A DNA stretch of 64,000 nucleotides from Chrysomallon squamiferum (Eukaryota > Animalia > Mollusca). How positions within the stretch are numbered: the stretch's first letter is position 1; each line of letters begins with the position of its first letter. Below are positions 48,068-59,405 of this stretch, one piece after another. The notes beneath the pieces are model-generated. The model made no database searches and was not told where the DNA came from. It saw only the letters and a program-made list of their open reading frames with translations. The stretch spans positions 34,286,001 to 34,350,000 of the forward strand of contig CM022671.1 in assembly GCA_012295275.1 (NCBI GenBank), in the 5' to 3' direction. A program made the position numbers and the translations under genes.

Positions 48068-49318
48068 TGTGTGACGTAAGAATCTTCCGCTTGTAAATGT
48101 CACTTGTATCTGTCTGTTGATTCATTTGCCGAATCAACAAAAAACGTGTGAATTGCGAGATATATTAACACTCGGGAGAGGGTGGTGGGTGTTACGGTCT
48201 CTTGTTTCGCAGAACGATCTGGCGACAGATGTCTAGGGACAAGGTCCGTAACACGTCGCAAATCCCTTCTCTTTCTTGTAAAAGCCCGGAGATTTCTTTT
48301 GTTAGCGGAAAACCGCGGAACGGTTCCCGTAGAACGGTCGCTATCCCCTGAACACACCTGGTAACCAATTACAGACAGATTTGCTGTTTTCGTTGTATTA
48401 ACCCGCATCTGACTGATGTGACAGATTACAGTATTTCTAGTCATCTGTATTAGTCTTTACTACTATACTGAATGTTCAACGCTAGTGCGAATACAGTTTT
48501 TAAACATGTCTTGTGTTTGTTGTATGCTAGTGTAGAAAAACGTGAAACAGTATTTATAATATAGTGCATACACAGATCCCATATCTTATAACCCTGGAGC
48601 AAACCAACTCGAGAAGTAAACTGCCCGAGACAAACAAACAAAGATATGTCTTTATACATTAAATTTGACAACCGATAAAAAAAAAAAGTGAAGATGTTAT
48701 TTAACTTCGTTAACGACGACACATAAAACGACATTTTACCAACGTGCAGTGCTTTTGAAAGTCGCATAGAAGAGAATTAAGTAGCAGTATGAAAAGGCAT
48801 TCAGACGCAACAATTACTGCAGAAATTTCCAATGTTTATATAAATTACCAATAGTCTGCGAAATCATGCAGTAGATTCATGTTAATCCCATTGTAATGTA
48901 AAATTATTGTATATTAGAATATAAGTATTCTACTTACGTAAACCTTAATTTACTTCGGTAACGTGCACTGATCGATATAGTATAACTACAGATATCTACA
49001 TAGTGTCTACAGTATACAAGCAATACGTCTATGGTATATCTGTCGTAGCAATCATTAAATAAGTATGACTTTGTTCAGAAACAGTTTAGGGTCATTCTAG
49101 CATATCCTTTTTAGATGTATGTATGTATGTACTTATGCATGTGTGTACGTGTCTGTTTATGTATGTGTGAATGTACGTGATAAAGAAACCCATAAATACC
49201 ACTTGAATATTTATTACTTCGATGCGAAAGAAAATAACATTATCAAAGAAACAAACAATTGATCTACATGAATATTAAATTATACAAGAAAATAAGTAAA
49301 GACGATCTATCAACTTCT

Positions 49319-50374
49319 TTAAAGTCTTGCTTCCCTAACTCTTCTAGATAACAAAATGTTCAAAAATTCAGCGAATCGGTTCACTTTTGTATGAATGAAC
49401 ACAATGTGTTTCTTTGCACTCTTTAGAACCTCCTTTTTGGCTGAATATACTAGATAAGCATAGTTGTATGGTATTCTAGTGATATTCGCTTTCTGTATTA
49501 AATATCCTGTGATGTAAACGTCGTCAATCCAGAAAAAAGGAGTAAAGAAGGAAAGTTTGTACAATTTCTGCACGACACTCTGGGTGGTTAAAAATGCCAT
49601 ACCAGCACAATAAGGGTCAAAGACATCAGATGGGTGTTCCTTTTTACTAAGGTACCATTTGGACGATTTGTACCGGAAAACTTTACTATTTTTCAGTAAG
49701 AAACAAAAATTCCAGCTCAACCCTTTGTACTTAATTTTATTTTTAGATTTTAAGTCGGATAACAATATAAACCAGTTGACGAAGACATCATCGTCTGTTT
49801 TGAGAACGTACACGGCGTGACTGCAGTACGTGGACACCCATTTTAACCCAGCTATCGCCTTGTAGGTTAAGTTGCGATAGGAATCCTTGAAATCTTCTTG
49901 TACGATGTCTCCATAAAATTCAGATTCGTTCTTCACCGACCGCATGACGTCGTGGTCGTCCACTTGTCCCATGATGAACACAACGAGAATTGTTTCTTTC
50001 ACAAACCGTTTTATGTTTCCCCACGTTTTCCTGATTGTTTGGCGTTTATGAACATTTCGTGGAGAACTGTGGATATATGTTATAATAAACACTTTCTTTC
50101 CTTTCCAAAGATTGACAGGTTTATGAATGTACGTGAAAGGGTGTGGATTGACAATAGGTTCTTTGAGCAGATTCTGTTCTGTCGTTGTTAAGGCTCCTAC
50201 AAACGAAGAGATTGCAGTGGTTTTGATGAGGCCATGGAGTGAACGAATGTTTTTGTCTCTGATAGCGATGATTGTTGTTATCCAGAACAAGAGTAGAAGA
50301 AAGCTGACAAGTACAAAAACTGATAGAATTTTCACACGTTTCCTTATAGCACAACAGACTGAGTAGAACTTCAT
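49319..50374 (-). CDS. GT31 beta-1,3-galactosyltransferase-like, copy 2 (351 aa)
   Basis: True ATG at 50374 (MKFYSVCC), 6 nt after acceptor TTTCAG. Same GT31 motifs as copy 1. The longer ORF to 50767 reads through intronic low-complexity DNA. Confidence 0.93.
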   Translation of the reverse strand: MKFYSVCCAIRKRVKILSVFVLVSFLLLLFWITTIIAIRDKNIRSLHGLIKTTAISSFVGALTTTEQNLLKEPIVNPHPFTYIHKPVNLWKGKKVFIITYIHSSPRNVHKRQTIRKTWGNIKRFVKETILVVFIMGQVDDHDVMRSVKNESEFYGDIVQEDFKDSYRNLTYKAIAGLKWVSTYCSHAVYVLKTDDDVFVNWFILLSDLKSKNKIKYKGLSWNFCFLLKNSKVFRYKSSKWYLSKKEHPSDVFDPYCAGMAFLTTQSVVQKLYKLSFFTPFFWIDDVYITGYLIQKANITRIPYNYAYLVYSAKKEVLKSAKKHIVFIHTKVNRFAEFLNILLSRRVREARL

Positions 50375-51067
50375 AACAAACTGAAAAACAGAAAAAAGAT
50401 AAAGAAAGAAAAACAAAAAACCGTAATAAGGAAGAAGAAGAAGATAGAAAATGAAATGCTTAAACACAGACAACAGAAATACGTAGCAGCTATCGTGTGA
50501 AACATTTACAGCATTATCATCATCAACATCATGATCATCATTACCATCATCATCATCTTTATCGTCATCATTACCACTATCACCATTATTATAATGATAA
50601 TCATCATTATCATCACTTTCACAATTATCATTATAATTATTATCATGAATATTGTCACCTTCATATTCATCCAAATTAAAAATAAATAAACAGATGAAGA
50701 AAATGAAATAAAAATGACGAAAAGTAAAATAAAATAATATACAAAAAAAAAAAAAAAAAAAACACAAATAAAAATTAAGGTTTATTTCACTATAACTGAA
50801 AAAAAATATAAAAAAATATGAATATAATCCAAGTAGATAAAATTTAATAGTTTCATAATATTAACCCACCAAACCCCAACATTTTTCAGGAACGTATAAA
50901 CTACCTTTAAATTTGTAGCAAAAACAGGTTTTATTTTAATTACTACAGATTTCATGTGTGCGTGTGTTTGTGTTTTGGTGTGCGTATTTGTGTGTGTGTG
51001 TTTGTGTATGCCACGAACAAGAAATGTTAAAATATAATTAATAAATGACATTTTGTTTTTTACATAC

Positions 51068-51473
51068 TTGAATGTAACTCGATCGTCTCCTGTAGACAAC
51101 AGTAAAATATTTCAACTTGAATGAGAAAAACAATTAAATGTAACAGTAGCTTGCGTTCTTAGGCTGTTAACCATCCACGTAGACCACGACGTTATTTAAC
51201 TTCGTTAACAACGACAGAGAAAATGGCATTTTACCAACATGCGGTGGTTTTAAACAGTCGCAGACAAAAGGATTAAATTGCAGTATGAAAAGAACTTGGA
51301 TGTAACATTTGCTTCAGAAATTTCAAACGTTTTTGTACAAATACCAATAGTTTGTCAAATCATACACAACATTCATGTTAATCCCATTGTAATGGAAAAT
51401 TATTGTATATTAGAATTTAGGTATGTATTCTACTTACGTAAACCTTAATTTACTTCGGTAACATGTGCACTGA
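51068..51473 (-). promoter_or_regulatory. Putative non-coding leader of GT31 copy 2: first exon about 51471-51438 and a 22-nt microexon 51089-51068
   Basis: Inr-like TCAGT at 51473-51469 and donor TAC|GTAAGT. Microexon is flanked by CTACAG and GTATGT. Same layout at 56148-56113 / 55768-55747 and 60482-60447 / 60102-60081. Confidence 0.5.
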
Positions 51474-51629
51474 TCAATATAGTGTAACTACAGATATCTA
51501 CATAGCGTCTACAGTATACATGCAATACGTCTACGGTATACATGCAATATCTCTGCGGTATTTATGCAATAATTTGATGAAGTGTATAAATGTAAACATG
51601 TATGTAGCTACGTGTGTCAGTATGTTCAT

Positions 51630-51835
51630 ATATGCATTTTAGGATTGAATATTATCTGTTTTTTGTACTTCTGATTAGATTCTGCACATAGACAATATAA
51701 TGGAACACACTGTCACAGGAGGACAAAGTCCAATCACTGAACCACAAACCCCGTCAGATTTAACTAACAAGACTCGAACGTATGGCACCCATTGGCCCGC
51801 ATATCGAAGTCTGACCACGTTACCGCTCGGTCATC
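51630..51835 (-). mobile_element. tRNA-derived SINE-like element (tRNA-Arg(TCG)-like head)
   Basis: Minus strand: A-box-like TGACCGAGCGG (51833-51823), anticodon-arm-like CAGACTTCGA and B box GTTCGAGTC (51779-51771). No acceptor stem. The body is repeated again at about 51965-52090. Confidence 0.6.
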
Positions 51836-52094
51836 AAAACAAACCTGGAAAAGTTTCTGAATCACCAAGTGTAACAATAGCTTCCCACGAAGCACGCCGT
51901 TTTTTTTTGTCTTTCGTCATTTTTCTGTGTTTCTATTTCTTATAGAAAACCTTGCACTGGCAAGTATGCATTTTAGGATTTTGATATTCTCTCTCTTATG
52001 TTCTCTGAATAGACTCTGCACATAGACAATATTCGGGAACGTAAAGGTCCAATCACGACCTCGCAAATCCCGTCCGAATCTGGACAAAACTAGG

Positions 52095-52700
52095 ATACTG
52101 CAATGGAGAGTTATCTAGAAGATATAGCTATCACACTGGAGAGGTTTATATATTTTATTACAGAAAGAAGATATTTCATTTCAGATCTGAGATACTTTAT
52201 TAGAGAAGACTTAGATACTTCATTGGAAGAGATATGTTATTAGAGAAAAATTTCATACTTAACTGGATAGCGAGAGGTAGTTTATTGCGAAAGAGTTAAA
52301 TACTACATTGTAGTAGTTCAAATAATTTATTAGAGAAAAAAAGGTATTTCTGAGATTATTAGAGTATTTTTGAATACTTCACTGGAGAGTTAGAGATACT
52401 TTATTATAGAAAACTTATGGAGGTTTAGATATTTTATTAGAAAAAAGAAGATATTTCGCTGAAGATCAGAGATTCTTTATCAGAGAAAACTTGGATGTTT
52501 CAATGGGGGCCTGAGTTAATTTTATTACACAAAACGTGAATTCTTCTCTAGATAGCTATAGATGTTCTATTAGAGAAAGTTTGAATACTTCCCTAGAGGG
52601 TTATTTTTAAGGTATTTTTTTTAGAGAAAACTTTGATTCTCCAGTAAAGAACTAGAGCTGTTATCTCAGAGACGATTAAGATGCCCTTCTGAAAGGCCAA
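52095..52700. repeat. Degenerate satellite-like tandem repeat of about 40 bp
   Basis: Recurring TTATTAGAGAAA..AT ACTTCACTGGAG..AGATA units; also at about 47415-47690, 56770-57560 and 61095-61720. Confidence 0.75.
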
Positions 52701-53177
52701 ATAATTCACAGACTGACTGACAAACTGTGTCAGAGAAAACTGAATACGTCACTGAAAGGCTGGAGTGTTGGATGGATTTAGATTTCTTGTCGACTTGTTT
52801 AGAGGGTTTGAGTCTGTGGTTTGATCTTTCTTAAACACTAGACTGGAAACGAAATGATACTGATTACAGTGTAAGCACAGTATTTAGTTCAGAAATGAAA
52901 ACATAACCATTAAATGAGATAAGAGAAACTTTGTCAAATAATACATTATTTTTTAAAATGAAGGTTATATTAACAATAACGTGACGTTCGTATACTATTC
53001 ATTTATTTATCCTGCTACGAACTTTTGTTGTTTATTAATTAATTAATTTATTTATTTGCGATAGGAACTGGAGAATAATTGTTTCTTTATTCGCAGTATT
53101 TTAATGTATATCTTCAATGTCTAATTCATAGCTCATGTCAAGAAAAAGTAAACCAAAATGATATAGCGAATCTTATT

Positions 53178-53320
<143 letters not shown>

Positions 53321-53998
53321 AATCACTATCTATCCATCCAACCATCTCTCAAGGTAGACTTGATCTGTGTAGTTAAATCATTGTGAAAACAATCAATATA
53401 TATCTTGTCCGCAATATAGTGTTATTTTTACTTTTTCGATTAGCACCACGAATGGAAAACAGTTGTTTTTCTGAAATTATTTCACTTATAACAATACATA
53501 AACTATACATAAGGACTTATAAATAATCGAATACGGTTTGTCACCTGCAATAGAAAATAAACAGGTACTTTGTGAAATAGATAACGTTATTTCCTTTGAT
53601 CTCAGTCTTTCAAAGGAAGCTAAAGGTTTAGGCATAGGAAGAAGCAACATAAGGTGTAAACTTAGAGAACGATGAAATTAGTTGAATAAAGAAACACTTG
53701 TCTACCTGACTTCTCCGCCATGTCGTAGCAATCATTAAATAAGTATGACTTTATTTAGAAACAGTGTAGGGTCACCCAATCACATCCTTTTAAAATGTAT
53801 GTATGTACGTACGTATGCACTTATGGATGTATGTACGTATTTATGTATGCATGCGTGAATGTACGTGATAAAAAAACATAAATACCATTTGAATACTTAA
53901 AACTTCGATACTAAAGAAAATAACATTATCAAAGACACAAACAATATATGTATTTTAAATTATAAAAGAAAATACTTAAAGACAATCTATAAATTTCT

Positions 53999-55054
53999 TT
54001 AAGGTATTCCTTCCCTAACTCTTCTAGCTAACGAAATATTCCACAATTCAGCCATTAGGTCCATATTTGTATGAACGAACACGATATTTTTCTCTGCACT
54101 GTTTAGAACCTCATTTCTGGCTGGATATTGTAGATAAGCATAGTTATATGGTATTCTACTTATGTCAGCTTTCTGTATTAAATATCCTGTGATGTAAACG
54201 TCGTCAATATAGAGAAAAGGAGTAAAGAAGGAAAGTTTGTATAATTTCTGCACGACACTTGGGGTGGTTAAATATGCCATACCAGAACAATAAGGGTCCA
54301 AGGCATCAGATGGGTGTTCCTTTTTACTAAGATACCATTTGGACCTTTTGTTTCGGATAACTTTAGTATTTATCATTAAGCAACACAAAATCCAGCTCAA
54401 CCCTCTGTGCTTAATTTCAGTGTCAGATTTTAAGTCGGGTAACAATATAAACCAGTTGACGAAGACATCATCGTCTGTTTTGAGAACGTACACGGCCTGA
54501 CTGCAGTACGTGGACACCCATTTTAACCCAGCTATGGCCTTGTAGGTTAAGTTGCGATAGGAATCCTTGAAATCTTCTTGTACGATGTCTCCATAAAATT
54601 CAGATTCGTTTTTCACCGACCGCATGACGTCGTGGTCGTCCACTTGTCCCATGATGAACACAACGAGAATTGTTTCTTTCACAAACTGTTTTATGTTTCC
54701 CCACGTTTTCCTGATTGCTTGGCGTTTATGAAAATTTCGAGGAGAACTGTGGATATATGTTATGATAAACACTTTCTTTCCTTTGCAAAGTTTGACAGGT
54801 TTATGAATATACGTGAAAGGGTGTGGATTGACAATAGGTTCTTTGAGCAGATTCTGTTCTGTCGTTGTTAAGGCTCCTACAAATGGAGAGATTGTAGTGG
54901 TTTTGATGAGGCCATGGAGTGAATAAATGTTTTTGTTTCTGAGAGTGATGATTATTGTTATCCAGGACAAGAGTAGAAGAAAGCTGACAAGTACAAAAAC
55001 TGATAGAATTCTCACACGTTTCCTCATAGCACAACAGACTGAGCAGAACTTCAT
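53999..55054 (-). CDS. GT31 beta-1,3-galactosyltransferase-like, copy 3 (351 aa)
   Basis: ATG at 55054 after TTTCAG acceptor; intact 1056-nt ORF with KTDDD and IDDVYITG. Confidence 0.93.
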   Translation of the reverse strand: MKFCSVCCAMRKRVRILSVFVLVSFLLLLSWITIIITLRNKNIYSLHGLIKTTTISPFVGALTTTEQNLLKEPIVNPHPFTYIHKPVKLCKGKKVFIITYIHSSPRNFHKRQAIRKTWGNIKQFVKETILVVFIMGQVDDHDVMRSVKNESEFYGDIVQEDFKDSYRNLTYKAIAGLKWVSTYCSQAVYVLKTDDDVFVNWFILLPDLKSDTEIKHRGLSWILCCLMINTKVIRNKRSKWYLSKKEHPSDALDPYCSGMAYLTTPSVVQKLYKLSFFTPFLYIDDVYITGYLIQKADISRIPYNYAYLQYPARNEVLNSAEKNIVFVHTNMDLMAELWNISLARRVREGIP

Positions 55055-56284
55055 AACAAACTGAAAAACAGAAAAAAGATAAAGAAAGAAAAACAAAAAA
55101 AACCGTAATAAGGAAGAAAAAGAAGATAGAAAATGAAATGCTTAAACACAGACAACAGAAATACGTAGCAGCTATCGTGTGAAACATTTACAGCATTATC
55201 ATCATCAACATCACGATCATCATTACCATTATCATCATCTTTATCGTCATCATTACAACTATCACCATTATTATAATGATAATCATCATTATCATCACTT
55301 TCACAATTATCATTATAATTATTATCATGAATATTGTCACCTTCATATTCATCCAAATCAAAAATAAATCAACAGAAGAAGAAAATGAAATAAAAATGAC
55401 GTAAAGTAAAGTAAAATAAAATACATAAAAAACAAACAAAAAACAAACAAATAAAAATAAAGGTTTATATCACTATAACTGAAATAAATAAAAATATGAA
55501 TAAAATCCAAGTAGATAAAATTTAATAGTTTCATAATATTAACCCCCCCAAACCCCAACATTTTTCAGGAACATATAAACTACCTTTAAATTTGTAGCAA
55601 AAACAGGTTTTATTTTAATTAGTACAGATTTTATGTGTGCGTGTGTTTGTGTTTTGGTGTGCGTATTTGTGTGTGTGTGTTTGTGTATGCCACGAACAAG
55701 AAATGTTAAAATATAATTAATAAATGACATTTTGTTTTTTACATACTTGAATGTAACTCGATCGTCTCCTGTAGACAACAGTAAAATATTTCAACTTGAA
55801 TGAGAAAAACAATTAAATGTAACAGTAGCTTGCGTTCTTAGGCTGTTAACCATCCACGTAGACCACGACGTTATTTAACTTCGTTAACAACGACACAGAA
55901 ATAGGCATTTTACCAACATGCGGTGGTTTTAAACACTCGCAGACAAAAGGATTAAATTGCAGTATGAAAAGAGCTTGGATGTAACATTTGCTGCAGAAAT
56001 TTCAAACGTTTCTGTACAAATACCAATAGATTGTGAAATCATACACAACATTTATGTTAATCCCATTGTAATGAAAAATGATTGTATGTTAGAATTTAAG
56101 TATTCTACTTACGTAAACCATAATTTACTTCGGTAACATGTGCACTGATCAATATAGTATAACTACAGATATCTACATAGCGTCTACAGTATACATGCAA
56201 TATGTCTGCGGTATTTATGCAATAATTTGATTAAGTGTATAAATGTAAACATGTATGTAGATACGTGTGTCAACATGTTCATAT

Positions 56285-56488
56285 ATACATTTTAGGATTG
56301 ACTACTATCTGTTTTTTGTACTTCTCATTAGACTCTGCACATAGACAATTTTATGGAACACACTGGCAGAGGAGGACAAAGTCCAATCACTGAACCACAA
56401 ACCCCGTCAGATTTAACTAACGAGACTCGAACGTATGGCACCCATTGGCCCGCATATCGAAGTCTGATCACGTTACCGCTCGGTCATC
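56285..56488 (-). mobile_element. tRNA-derived SINE-like element, duplicated with the array unit
   Basis: A box at 56486-56476, B box GTTCGAGTC at 56432-56424. Confidence 0.6.
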
Positions 56489-57463
56489 AAAACAGACCTG
56501 AAAAAGTTTCTCACTCATCAAGTGTAACAATAGCTTGCCACGAAGCACGCCGTTTTTTTTTTAGCTTTCGTAATTTTTCTGTGTTTCTATTTCTTACAGA
56601 AAACCTTGCACTGGCAAGTATGCATTTTAGGATTTTAATATTCTCTCTCTTATGTTCCTCTGAATAGACTCTGCACATAGACAACACTCCGGAACGCACT
56701 CGTACTGAAGAATAAATTCGAATCACGTCCTCACATATCCCGTCCGAAGCTGGACAAAACTAGGATACCTCTCTGCAGAGTTAGACATAGTCTATAGCAG
56801 AAGACTTGGATAATTTATTAGAGTAAACTTGCATGTTTCACTGGAGATGTATCTAGAAGATTTAGATACCACACTGGAGAAATTCATATATTTTATTACA
56901 GAAAGAAGATAATTCACTGCAGTGCTGAGATACTTTTTTAGATGAGACTTGGATTCTTAACTAGAGAGCTAGATATAATTTATTAGATTAAACTTCCATA
57001 CTTCACTTGAGACTTAGAGATACTTTTTTATAGAAGTCTTAAATACGACATTGGAGGTGTTCAGATATTTTATTAGAGAATGAATGTATTTCGGAGGAGA
57101 TCTGAGATAATGTATTAGAGAGCTCTTGCATACTTAACTTCTGAGTTAGAGATAGTTTATTACGAAAGCGTTAAATACTACATTGTAGTAGTTCAAATAA
57201 TTTATTAGAGAAAAAAGGTATTTCTGAGATTATAAGAGTAAATTTGGATACTTCACTGGAGAGTTACAGATACTTTATTATAGAAAAGTTATTTTATTTG
57301 AAAAAAGAAGATATTTCACTGCAGATCAGATATTCATTATTAGAGAAAACTTGGATACTTCACTGGAGGCCTGAGATAACTGTATTACACAAAACGTGAA
57401 TTTTTCTCTATATTGCTATGGATACGGAATTAGAGAAAGTTTGAATACTTCCCCAGAGGGTTA

Positions 57464-57498
<35 letters not shown>

Positions 57499-58349
57499 TG
57501 TTTGTTTTTTTCGTTTTAAAGAAAACTTTGATTCTGCAGTAAAGAGCTAGAGCTGTTATCTCAGAGACGATTAAGATGCCCTTCTGAAAGGCCAAATAAT
57601 TCACAGACTGACTGACAAACTGTGTCAGAGAAAACTGAATACGTCACTGAAAGGCTGGAGTGTTGGATGGACTTAGATTTCTTGAAGACTTGTTTAAAGG
57701 GCTTGAGTCGGTGCTTTGATCTTTCTTGAACACTAGACTGAAAAGGACGAGATACTGATTACAGTGTAAGCACAGTATTGAGTTCAGAAATATCAAAGTG
57801 TGCAGTTAACATAGTCATTTAAAGAACAGAAGAGAAACTTAGTTAAATAAAATGATAGTACTTTTTTAAATAAGGGTTGTTATAATTATAAAGTGTCATT
57901 TGTATTTTATTTATTTATTTATTGTTATTATTATTTTGCGACTGGAACTGGAGTAAAAACGTTTATTATTCACAGTATTTAATCATTGTTTTTAATGTCT
58001 AAATCACAGCACATCTCTCTCTCTCTCTCTCTCTCTGTTTCTCTTTGTCAGTGATTATCTATCTATCTATCCATCCATCCATTTTTTCAACGTAGACTTG
58101 ATCTATGTAGTTAAAATAATTATGAAAACAATTAATATATATATGCATGTATGTATATATCAACCTGTGGTTTGCTACAGAGTAGATATTTTTTTTCGAT
58201 TAGCGAATGTACGTGATAAAAACACATAAATACCATTTGAATATTTAAAACTTTGATACGAAAGAAAATAAAATTATTAAAGAAACAAACAAATATTTAT
58301 ATGTTTTAAATTATAAAAGAAAAGACGTAAAGACAATCTATCAATTTCT

Positions 58350-59405
58350 TTAAGGTCTTGATTCCATAACTCTTCTAGATAACAAAATATTACAAAATTC
58401 ATCGAATAGGTTCACTTTTGTATGAATGAACACAATGTGTTTCTTTGCACTGTTTAGAACATCCTTTTTGGCTGGATTTTGTAGATAAGCATTGTTGTAT
58501 TGTATTCTAGTTACTTTCGCCTTCCGTACTAAATATCCTGTGATGTAAACGTCGTCAATCCAGAAAAAAGGAGTAAAGAAGGAAAGCTTGTATAATTTCT
58601 GTACGACACTTGGGGTGGTTAAAAATGCCATACCAGAACAATAATGGTCAAAAATGTCAGATGGGTGTTCCTTTTTACTGACGTACCATTTGGACATTTT
58701 GAATCGGAAAACTCTAGAATTTATCATTAAGCCACACAAAATCCAGCTCAACCCTCTGTGCTTAATTTCAGTGTTAGATTTTAAGTCGGGTAACAATATA
58801 AACCAGTTGACGAAGACGTCATCGTCTGTTTTGAGAACGTAAACGGCCTGACTGCAGTACGTGGACACCCATTTTAACCCAGCTATCGCCTTGTAGGTTA
58901 AGTTGCGATAGGAATCCTTGAAATCTTCTTGTACGATGTCGCCATAAAATTCAGATTCGTTCTTCACCGACCGCATGACGTCGTGGTCGTCCACTTGTCC
59001 CATGATGAACACAACGAGAATTGTTTCTTTCACAAACCGTTTTATGTTTCCCCATGTTTTCCTGATTGTTTGGCGTTTATGAACATTTCGTGGAGAACTG
59101 TGGATATATGTTATGATAAACACTTTCTTTCCTTTGCAAAGACTGACAGGTTTATGAATGTACGTGAAAGGGTGTGGATTGACAATAGGTTCTTTGAACA
59201 GATTCTGTTCTGTCGTTGTAAAGGCTTCTACAAACAGAGAGGTTGCAGTGGTTTTGATGAGACCATGGAGTGAATAAATGTTTTTGTTTCTGAGAGTGAT
59301 GATTGTTGTTATCCAGAACAAGAGTAGAAGAAAGCTGACAAGTACAAAAACTGATAGAATTTTCACACGTTTCCTCATAGCACAACAGACTGAGTAGAAC
59401 TTCAT
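58350..59405 (-). CDS. GT31 beta-1,3-galactosyltransferase-like, copy 4 (351 aa)
   Basis: ATG at 59405 after TTTCAG acceptor; intact 1056-nt ORF with all GT31 motifs. Confidence 0.93.
   Translation of the reverse strand: MKFYSVCCAMRKRVKILSVFVLVSFLLLLFWITTIITLRNKNIYSLHGLIKTTATSLFVEAFTTTEQNLFKEPIVNPHPFTYIHKPVSLCKGKKVFIITYIHSSPRNVHKRQTIRKTWGNIKRFVKETILVVFIMGQVDDHDVMRSVKNESEFYGDIVQEDFKDSYRNLTYKAIAGLKWVSTYCSQAVYVLKTDDDVFVNWFILLPDLKSNTEIKHRGLSWILCGLMINSRVFRFKMSKWYVSKKEHPSDIFDHYCSGMAFLTTPSVVQKLYKLSFFTPFFWIDDVYITGYLVRKAKVTRIQYNNAYLQNPAKKDVLNSAKKHIVFIHTKVNLFDEFCNILLSRRVMESRP

Noticed and set aside
48100-48444. 114-aa minus ORF and 60-aa plus ORF in the GC-rich island; also considered 7SK RNA because of CGATCTGGC
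   Set aside because: No recognisable domain or splice context; the second GATC and terminal 7SK motifs are absent and an internal T-run would end Pol III transcription early.
50375-50767. Asp/Asn-rich N-terminal extensions of GT31 ORFs (482 and 480 aa versions; also 59406-59792)
   Set aside because: A polypyrimidine tract and TTTCAG acceptor lie 6 nt before the real ATG; the extension is a GAT-repeat intron and is frameshifted in copy 3.
51771-51835. Functional tRNA-Arg gene
   Set aside because: No acceptor stem, poor anticodon stem and an attached repeated body; better read as a SINE head.
51700-51945. Repeated small ORF MEHTVTGGQSP... (also 56353 and 60687)
   Set aside because: Antisense reading of the SINE; lengths and C-termini differ between units.
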